Positions 54,251 through 61,020 of a DNA stretch of 64,000 nt are shown in pieces. The DNA lies in the NCBI GenBank assembly GCA_030612885.1, contig JAUWMZ010000005.1, forward strand, positions 19 to 64,018, read 5' to 3'. Under the pieces are notes generated by a model. It saw only the letters and a program-made list of their open reading frames with translations. It made no database searches and was not told the DNA's origin. How positions within the stretch are numbered: the first letter of the stretch is position 1; each line of letters opens with the position of its first letter. Source of the stretch: Candidatus Nealsonbacteria bacterium (lineage in GTDB: Bacteria; Patescibacteriota; Minisyncoccia; Minisyncoccales; JAGMDC01). The position numbers were made by a program, and so were the translations under genes.

Positions 54251-56053
54251 ATGAAGAATCAGGAATTAGCTCAAATATTTTATGAAATTGCTGATTTCTT
54301 AGAAATGGAAGGAATAGCATTTAAACCCTACGCTTATCAGAAAGCAGCTATTAGCTTAGACACTCTAGAAGAAGATGTAGCTGAAATTTATAAAAGAGGG
54401 GGATTAAAGGCATTGGAGAAAATTCCGGGAGTGGGCAAAAGCATTGCTGAAAAGATTAAGGAATACCTAAAGACCGGAAAAATTAGATATTACCAGGATT
54501 TGAAAAAGAAAATGCCAGTCCAGATAGAAGAGCTAATTGCTATTGAAGCTGTTGGACCAAAAACAGTAAAATCCCTTTATGAATCTCTGAAAATAAAAAA
54601 TATAGAAGATTTGGAAAAAGCAGCTCGGTCTCACAAAATTAGGGGACTGCCCGGATTTCAAGAAAAAACAGAAAAAAACATCCTACAAGGGATTGCTTTT
54701 TTAAAAAGAAGTAAGGGTAGGTTTTTGTTAGGAGAAATTTTACCCCAGGTTAAAGAAATTTTGGGACAATTAAAGACCTTAAAAGAAGTGGAGCAAATTA
54801 ATGTGGCTGGTTCGGTCAGGCGAATGAAAGAAACTATTGGTGATGTTGATATTTTGGTGGTTTCCAAAAAACCGGAAAAAGTAATGGATTTCTTTGTCTC
54901 AATGCCGGGAATAATTAAAGTTTGGGCTAAGGGGCCAACTCGTTCTTCAATTAGAATTTACCCTCACAGCAAAAATTTTGGCGTAGGGATAAGACAGGGT
55001 TTTGATATTGATTTACGAGTAGTGGCTAAAAAAAGTTATGGCTCTGCTTTACAATATTTTACTGGTTCCAAAGAACACAATATTGCTACTCGCAGACTTG
55101 CTATAGAAAAGGGCTTAAAACTTAATGAATACGGGGTTTTTAGAGATAAGAAAATGATTGCTGGCTGGCGAGAACCTGGAGTCTATCGGGCAATTGGCCT
55201 TTCTTGGATACCTCCGGAGCTCAGAGAAAATCAAGGAGAGATTGAGGCAGTTCTTCGTCAGGTTCAAGGAAGACCAAATGGCCTGCCAAAAATCATTAGT
55301 TATCAGGATATTAAAGGCGATATTCATTGTCACTCTGATTGGGATGGAGGAAATAATTCTATTGAAGAGATGGCAGAAGCAGCCATAACAATGGGTTATG
55401 AATATTTAGGTATTACCGACCATACTAAGTTTTTAAGAATTGAGCAGGGGTTAGATGAAAAAAGATTAACCCAGCAGAAAAAAGAGATAGATAAATTAAA
55501 TTACAAACTCCCTGGACGCGAAGCGGACTCCCCGGAGGGTTGCATTCCAAACAAATTTAGAATTTTACAAGGCGCAGAAACAAATATTCTAAATGATGGC
55601 TCTATTGATATAAAGGACGAGGCCTTAAAAAAACTGGATTATGCTATTGCCGGCATTCATTCCAGTTTTAAGATGCCTAAAGCGAAAATGACCGAGCGAA
55701 TAATTAGGGCAATGAAAAACCCTTATATTAAAATTATTTCTCATCCAACAGGAAGAATTTTAAAAAAAAGAGATGAATATCAATGCGACTTTGAAAAGAT
55801 TTTAAGAGCGGCCAAGGCATTTGGAATAGTTTTAGAAATCAATTCCCAGCCCGGAAGATTAGACCTTAATGACCAGAATATCAGAAGAGCAAAAGAAATG
55901 GGCATAAAAATGGTTATCAATACAGACGCTCATCATATAAGTCATTTAAAGTTTATGGAACTGGGTATTGCCCAGGCTCGTCGGGGCTGGGCAGAAAAAA
56001 ACGATATTATCAATACTCAGCCATTAGATAAATTATTAAAAATTCTTAAGTAA
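54251..56053 (+). CDS. polX: DNA polymerase X family protein with C-terminal PHP domain
   Basis: N-terminal HhH (NQELAQIFYEIADFLEMEG...AYQKAA), GSVRR..ET.GDVDILV, then PHP DIHCHSDWDGG...GITDH...NTDAH. Confidence 0.85.
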   Translation: MKNQELAQIFYEIADFLEMEGIAFKPYAYQKAAISLDTLEEDVAEIYKRGGLKALEKIPGVGKSIAEKIKEYLKTGKIRYYQDLKKKMPVQIEELIAIEAVGPKTVKSLYESLKIKNIEDLEKAARSHKIRGLPGFQEKTEKNILQGIAFLKRSKGRFLLGEILPQVKEILGQLKTLKEVEQINVAGSVRRMKETIGDVDILVVSKKPEKVMDFFVSMPGIIKVWAKGPTRSSIRIYPHSKNFGVGIRQGFDIDLRVVAKKSYGSALQYFTGSKEHNIATRRLAIEKGLKLNEYGVFRDKKMIAGWREPGVYRAIGLSWIPPELRENQGEIEAVLRQVQGRPNGLPKIISYQDIKGDIHCHSDWDGGNNSIEEMAEAAITMGYEYLGITDHTKFLRIEQGLDEKRLTQQKKEIDKLNYKLPGREADSPEGCIPNKFRILQGAETNILNDGSIDIKDEALKKLDYAIAGIHSSFKMPKAKMTERIIRAMKNPYIKIISHPTGRILKKRDEYQCDFEKILRAAKAFGIVLEINSQPGRLDLNDQNIRRAKEMGIKMVINTDAHHISHLKFMELGIAQARRGWAEKNDIINTQPLDKLLKILK

Positions 56054-56088
56054 TCATTGATTATTAATCATTAATATCATTAATCACT

Positions 56089-56538
56089 ATGGCATTTGAA
56101 AAATCTGCCGGAGCAGTAATTTTTAGAAAAGAAAAAGATAAAATTTATTATCTTCTTTTACATTATCCTTCTGGCTCAAGATCCCAGAAAGATTATTGGG
56201 ATTTTTCCAAAGGTCATATTGAAAAAGGAGAAAAACCAGAAGAGACAGCAAGAAGAGAAGCAAAAGAAGAAACAGGAATTAAAGATTTAAAATTTGTTGA
56301 AGGATTTAAAGAATGGATAAAATATTTTTTTAAATTTAAAGGAGAAAGTGTTTTTAAAATAGTCACTTTCTATTTAGCTGAAACAAAAACAAAAAAAGTG
56401 AAGATTTCTTCTGAACATATTGGCTTTCAGTGGCTGATATACGAGCAGGCGGCAGAGCGGTTTAAATTTAAAAATGCCAAAGAGATTCTTAAAAAAGCCA
56501 ATAGTTTTATTGAAAAAAGTTCTGCAGTAAATTACTGA
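56089..56538 (+). CDS. NUDIX hydrolase
   Basis: Nudix box GHIEKGEKPEETARREAKEETGI. Confidence 0.8.
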   Translation: MAFEKSAGAVIFRKEKDKIYYLLLHYPSGSRSQKDYWDFSKGHIEKGEKPEETARREAKEETGIKDLKFVEGFKEWIKYFFKFKGESVFKIVTFYLAETKTKKVKISSEHIGFQWLIYEQAAERFKFKNAKEILKKANSFIEKSSAVNY

Positions 56539-56539
56539 C

Positions 56540-56569
56540 TTGATATATCAGACTAAAGTCTGTTATAAT
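56540..56569 (+). promoter_or_regulatory. Second exact copy of the 30-nt promoter-like palindromic element
   Basis: TTGATATATCAGACTAAAGTCTGTTATAAT, identical to 3185-3214. A degenerate copy, cttggtatatcaaaccaaagtttgaaataat, follows at about 56581-56611. Confidence 0.5.
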
Positions 56570-56658
56570 AAATTAAATACTTGGTATATCAAACCAAAGT
56601 TTGAAATAATAAAGAAAAGAAAATTGTAACTTAAAAAAAGAAAAAGGAGAGAAAAAAA

Positions 56659-56883
56659 ATGGCGAAAACTGAAATAGAGGTAAAAGATTTATTTCTGCGA
56701 TATAAAGACCATACCAGAGGGACTAAAGAGCTATCTTCAAAAAGAGCAATAATTATTTTTGATGAGCATGGAATAGAGCGAGAAATTAGTGTCCCAAAAA
56801 ATGAGAACTGCAATATATCAGCGCCATACGTAAAAGTGCTATCTATGTTATACATAGATGTAGTCAAAATAAAAAGCGATTAG
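56659..56883 (+). CDS. Hypothetical protein (74 aa)
   Basis: ORF preceded by AAGGAGAG and by the promoter-like element. No family recognised. Confidence 0.3.
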   Translation: MAKTEIEVKDLFLRYKDHTRGTKELSSKRAIIIFDEHGIEREISVPKNENCNISAPYVKVLSMLYIDVVKIKSD

Positions 56884-56911
56884 ATTTTTTATTTTCTAAT
56901 CGCTCTTTTTT
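56871..56911. terminator. Bidirectional terminator-like hairpin between the 74-aa ORF (+) and rplT (-)
   Basis: agcgattag...ctaatcgct (9-bp stem) flanked by A and T runs. Confidence 0.5.
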
Positions 56912-56931
56912 TATAATTCGTAATTCCTAAT

Positions 56932-57285
56932 TCATAATTCTGTTTTCACTTTTTCAACAATTTTTTTGAAAACTTCAGGATTTTTTTTAGCAAATTCTGA
57001 CAAGATTTTTCTATCCAGTTCAATCTTGTTTTTTTTCAAACCGTTAATGAATTTGCTGTAAGAAATTCCTTGTTCCCGGCAGGCAGCATTAATTTGAATC
57101 TGCCAAAGCCGCCTAAAATTTCTTTTTTTAGTTCTTCTATCCCTATAAGCATAAGACCAGGCATGAGCCAATGCCTCTTTAGCCGCTTTATACTTTGATT
57201 TTCTTCCCCATTTAAAACCTTTAGCATGCTTTAATATATTTTTTCTGCGCTTATGCGCAGTTGTTCCTCTTTTTACTCGAACCAC
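56932..57285 (-). CDS. rplT: 50S ribosomal protein L20
   Basis: MVRVKRGTTAHKRRKNILKHAKGF.G......K.A.EAL.HA..YAYRDRR..KR.FR.LWI.RINAA. Confidence 0.95.
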   Translation of the reverse strand: MVRVKRGTTAHKRRKNILKHAKGFKWGRKSKYKAAKEALAHAWSYAYRDRRTKKRNFRRLWQIQINAACREQGISYSKFINGLKKNKIELDRKILSEFAKKNPEVFKKIVEKVKTEL

Positions 57286-57376
57286 AAATCATATAATCAT
57301 ATAAACATTTTAACATTTAAACATTTTCAATAATTTGTTTGAGTGTTTGAACGTTAAGATGCTTAAATGAGTTATC

Positions 57377-57559
57377 TTAGGGCAATAGCTTTCTTATTTT
57401 TTTTGCTTCTGGTTTCGAAACCTTAACCCATTTCCGGGATTGCCTTTTTTGATTTCCTGTTTTTTTTGCCCGGTGATGGTCCTGGCCAGACGGCCTCCGC
57501 ATAATTTTTCCGGTTTTGGTAATTTTAAACCTTTTTGTTATAGATTTTCTTGTCTTCAT
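57377..57559 (-). CDS. rpmI: 50S ribosomal protein L35
   Basis: MKTRKSITKRFKITKTGKIMRR.SGQ.H...KK. 60 aa. Confidence 0.9.
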   Translation of the reverse strand: MKTRKSITKRFKITKTGKIMRRPSGQDHHRAKKTGNQKRQSRKWVKVSKPEAKKIRKLLP

Positions 57560-57560
57560 A

Positions 57561-57650
57561 CCACGGATAATATCACAAATAAGAATCGCTAATTATCACA
57601 AATAAAATATTAGCGAGTATTCGTGATTTAAATTAGTGATTTATTAGTGG
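57561..57650. repeat. Intergenic palindromic repeat, ATCACGAATA / TATTCGTGAT family (copy 3)
   Basis: tatcacaaataagaatcgctaattatcacaaataaaatattagcgagtattcgtgatttaaattagtgatttattagtgg. Overlaps the infC stop. Confidence 0.65.
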
Positions 57651-58162
57651 TCAGCTTTTGTAATTATCATTGTCAATCCTCTTGGTTCTTTTTTTAATTC
57701 CCTTTCTATTTTATAGGGTATGAAATTTCCTAAAATTTCTGTAAATTTATTTATTTTTTCTCTGGCAAAACCTTGAAGAGCTTTCTCTCTTCCTCTTAAT
57801 CGCATTTCTATTCTTACTTTATTTCCTTGTTTTAAAAATTTTTCTGCCTGCTTGGCTCTTGTTTCTAAATCATGAGGGGAGATGTTAAATCCTAACTTTA
57901 TTCCTTTCATCTCTCCAGTTTTTTGTTTTTGAATTAATTTTCTTTCCTGCTTTTTTTCCGAATACTGGTATTTTCCATAATCCATTATTTTACAAACCGG
58001 TATTTCTAATTTCTCTGTAATCTGTATTAAATCTAAATTGCGCTCACGAGCTGTTCGGAGCGCTTTTTCCAATTTAAAAACCCCTAAATTTTTTCCAGTT
58101 TCATCAACTACTCTTACTTCCCTTGCTCGTATTCTATTGTTGAACAAAGCTCTTTTAAACAA
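57644..58162 (-). CDS. infC: Translation initiation factor IF-3
   Basis: NNRIRAREVRVVDETG...LDLIQI....PVCKIMDYGKY.Y...K...K....Q.......K.I.....I..HD...K. Non-ATG (TTG) start, as is common for infC. Confidence 0.9.
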   Translation of the reverse strand: MFKRALFNNRIRAREVRVVDETGKNLGVFKLEKALRTARERNLDLIQITEKLEIPVCKIMDYGKYQYSEKKQERKLIQKQKTGEMKGIKLGFNISPHDLETRAKQAEKFLKQGNKVRIEMRLRGREKALQGFAREKINKFTEILGNFIPYKIERELKKEPRGLTMIITKADH

Positions 58163-58181
58163 ATTATTTTATATATAATAG

Positions 58182-58585
58182 TGGAAGTGAGGGCATCGAA
58201 GCCCTGTCCAGAAATTTTGCCAAAATATTTCTACAAGTTTAGTCCATTTTATTTTTTCGGAATACTGAATAAAGAACGAACAAAATTTCAATATTCTTAG
58301 CCTCTATGTTTTTCCCAGTCCTTTAAGACAAGAGGAATGGGTATCTCGCTGAATATAACACCTGAATTTCGCTTAGCGAGAATTAGCAAATCAGATGGCA
58401 TTACGATTAAACGTAAGCAGGAGCTAAATTTGAGCAGTGTGGCCATTCGCTTAACGCGTTGCCAAGTGCCATTTTAGCTTTAGAAAATAAGTTGACACTT
58501 ATTTTTTTTCTCAAAGTTTTGCGAGATTTGAGAAAACTCGACTTGCATACTTTGACTCAAATTTCTGTCGAGACCTGACACTCCC
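58182..58585 (-). ncRNA. ssrA: tmRNA (SsrA)
   Basis: 5' GGGAGTGTCAGGTCTCGACAG... pairs with 3' ...CACTTCC-A, giving a 7-bp acceptor with the G3:U70 alanine identity pair. T arm AGGGC-TTCGATG-GCCCT. Lies 4 nt downstream of smpB. About 404 nt. Confidence 0.75.
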
Positions 58586-58588
58586 GTC

Positions 58589-59038
58589 TTAGATTTTCTC
58601 TTTAATAATTCTTTCTTTTTCTATTTCAAATTCTCTTTTTTTTATTTTTTCTCTTTTATCAATTTTCTTTTTGCCTTTTACTAATCCAAATAATAATTTT
58701 ATTTTTCCTCTCTTAGTATACATCTTTAAGGGTATTAAAGTCAAGCCCTTTTGCCTTGATTTCCCGATTAAAGATTTAATTTCTGTTTTTCTCAAAAGCA
58801 GTTTTCGGGAGCGTTCTGGACTGTAATCAGATGGAGCGTTTTTTGGCTGATAAGGAGGGATATTAGCGCCAATTAAAAACATTTCTTGATTTTTTATCAC
58901 AACATAGGAACCTTTTAAACTAATATGGCCGGTTTTAATCGCTTTTACTTCTTGGCCAATCAAAACTATACCTGCTTCATAGGTTTCTAAAATTTCATAA
59001 TCGAAATACGCTTTTTTATTTTGAGCTAAGATTTTCAT
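58589..59038 (-). CDS. smpB: SsrA-binding protein SmpB
   Basis: MKILAQNKKAYFDYEILETYEAGIVL.G.EVK....G..SL..SYV......E..L....I.PY. Start set at 59038. Confidence 0.9.
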   Translation of the reverse strand: MKILAQNKKAYFDYEILETYEAGIVLIGQEVKAIKTGHISLKGSYVVIKNQEMFLIGANIPPYQPKNAPSDYSPERSRKLLLRKTEIKSLIGKSRQKGLTLIPLKMYTKRGKIKLLFGLVKGKKKIDKREKIKKREFEIEKERIIKEKI

Positions 59039-59121
59039 CAATTTTATTGTATCAATTCCACACCTGCTTGACAAATTTGAGTTTAGGGAATATCCTAAAA
59101 ATAGGAGGTTGAGAATAAAAA

Positions 59122-59295
59122 ATGATAGTAAAATCTTTGTTTTGGGTAATAGTATTCTGTATGATTTTGTTGCTTTGGATCTACATAGGCGATTGGACAT
59201 GGGTTATTGTAGTAGCGACAGGGGGAATTATTGTAGTGGCAAGTTACATTTATAGAGCTGTTAAGTTAAGGGATACCAAAACTATAGAACATTAA
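59122..59295 (+). CDS. Possible small membrane protein (57 aa), absent from the ORF track
   Basis: AGGAGG at 59103-59108, 13 nt upstream of ATG 59122. Sequence MIVKSLFWVIVFCMILLLWIYIGDWTWVIVVATGGIIVVASYIYRAVKLRDTKTIEH*. Two hydrophobic helices. Confidence 0.35.
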   Translation: MIVKSLFWVIVFCMILLLWIYIGDWTWVIVVATGGIIVVASYIYRAVKLRDTKTIEH

Positions 59296-59383
59296 CACAT
59301 TAAAACCGAATATCAAAGGAATTATAGGGCGTTTCATTTTTCGCCCTCTTTTTTTTTGAGTAAAAATGAGGTAAGGTTAAATA

Positions 59384-61018
59384 ATGAATATGATTAGAGA
59401 AGATATAAGAAATTTAATTGAAAAAGCTATTAAAGAAGCGCAGAAAGAGAAAAAACTGCCGAAGTTTAAAATTAATAAGGTTTTAATTGAGCATCCGGAA
59501 AATAAAAAATTTGGTGATTATTCTACAAATACTGCTATGCAGATTAGCAAAACCCTTAAGAAAGATCCAATGGAAATATCAAAAATAATCAATAATCGAT
59601 TATCAATTATTAATCCAAAGTTTTTAGAAAAGATTGAGATTGCCAAGCCAGGGTTTATTAATTTTTTTATTTCTAAAGAATTCTTGCAAAACCAAGTTTT
59701 AGATATTTTAAAAAAAGAAGAGAAATTTAGTGATTTAGCTCTCGGCAGAAAGAAAAAAATTCAGATAGAATTTATTTCAGCCAATCCTACCGGTCCTTTA
59801 ACTATTGGTAATGCCAGAGGAGGACCGTTTGGCGATGTTCTTGGCAATGTTTTTAAAAAAGCAGGATTTAAAATAGAGAAAGCGTATTATATAAATGATT
59901 TTGGAAAACAGATTTTAGCTCTTGGCCATTCTGTTTTAAAAGATAAAGAAGCGGTTTATAAAGGGGAATACATTAATGAACTTAATAAAAAAATACTTGC
60001 CCGCAGTAATGCACGAAGTGTTTTAGGCGGGAAAGAAAAAGATTCCCTCAAAGTCGGGCAAAAAGCAGCAAAGATTATTATAGATGAAATGATTAAAAAA
60101 ACAGTCAGGAAAATGGGAATTAAATATGATAAATGGTTTTTTGAAAGCCAGCTTCATAAAACTGGAAAAGTTGATGAAATAATAGAGTTTTTAAAAAAGA
60201 AAAAGCTGGTTTATAAAAAAGATGGAGCTTTATGGTTTAAGTCCTCAAAGTATAACGACAATAGAGACAGGGTGTTAGTTAAACAAGATGGTTCTAAAAC
60301 ATATTTAGCTGGAGATATTGCCTATCATAGACATAAGTTTGAAAAAGAAAAATTTACTAAAGTGATAGATGTTTGGGGAGCGGACCATTATGGAGATATT
60401 TCAGGACTAAAGGCTGGAACAGAAGCTTTAGGATATAAAGATAAACTGGAAATTATTCTCCATCAGTTTGTAACTATTCTAAGAAAAGGGGAGAAGCAAA
60501 GAATGTCAAAAAGAAAAGGAGTTTATTATACTATGGATGAGCTGCTTGATGAAGTTGGTTCTGATGTAATGAGGTTCTTTTTTCTGCAAAAATCTATAAA
60601 TACACATTTGAATTTCGACATAGCATTAGCCAAAGAACAGTCAGAGAAAAACCCGGTTTATTATATTCAATATGCATACGCCAGAATACACAGCATTTTG
60701 CGCAAAGCGCAAAATAATTATCAATTATCAATTATCAATTTTCAATTATTAAAACATCCGAGTGAATTGAATTTAATAAAACAGCTTATTAGATTTCCGG
60801 AAGTTGTTGAAGACACTGCTAAAGATTATCAGGTTCAGAGAATTCCTCAATACGCTTTTGGTTTAGCTTCAGCTTTTCACCAGTTCTATCGTGACTGCAA
60901 AGTTATTACAGAAGACAAAGCGCTTTTTCAAAGCCGTTTAGTTTTAATTGAGGCGACTAAAGTTGTTTTAAAAAATACCCTTGATTTAATGGGTATTTCA
61001 GCGCCAAAAAAAATGTAG
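59384..61018 (+). CDS. argS: Arginine--tRNA ligase
   Basis: EFISANPTGPLTIGNARG (HIGH-type region), DHYGD, the MSKRKG variant of KMSKS, and a C-terminal DALR anticodon-binding domain. Confidence 0.9.
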   Translation: MNMIREDIRNLIEKAIKEAQKEKKLPKFKINKVLIEHPENKKFGDYSTNTAMQISKTLKKDPMEISKIINNRLSIINPKFLEKIEIAKPGFINFFISKEFLQNQVLDILKKEEKFSDLALGRKKKIQIEFISANPTGPLTIGNARGGPFGDVLGNVFKKAGFKIEKAYYINDFGKQILALGHSVLKDKEAVYKGEYINELNKKILARSNARSVLGGKEKDSLKVGQKAAKIIIDEMIKKTVRKMGIKYDKWFFESQLHKTGKVDEIIEFLKKKKLVYKKDGALWFKSSKYNDNRDRVLVKQDGSKTYLAGDIAYHRHKFEKEKFTKVIDVWGADHYGDISGLKAGTEALGYKDKLEIILHQFVTILRKGEKQRMSKRKGVYYTMDELLDEVGSDVMRFFFLQKSINTHLNFDIALAKEQSEKNPVYYIQYAYARIHSILRKAQNNYQLSIINFQLLKHPSELNLIKQLIRFPEVVEDTAKDYQVQRIPQYAFGLASAFHQFYRDCKVITEDKALFQSRLVLIEATKVVLKNTLDLMGISAPKKM

Positions 61019-61020
61019 AT

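Noticed and set aside
59039-59200. N-terminal 54 codons of the smpB ORF. Similar upstream extensions exist for ligA (3185), the REC protein (26542), valS (35871), acyP (44362), the EndoQ-like gene (46081) and the ORF at 49046.
   Set aside because: Conserved N-termini begin at internal Met codons. The extensions cover promoter-like elements, repeats or GC-rich palindromic spacers, or they overlap the preceding gene.
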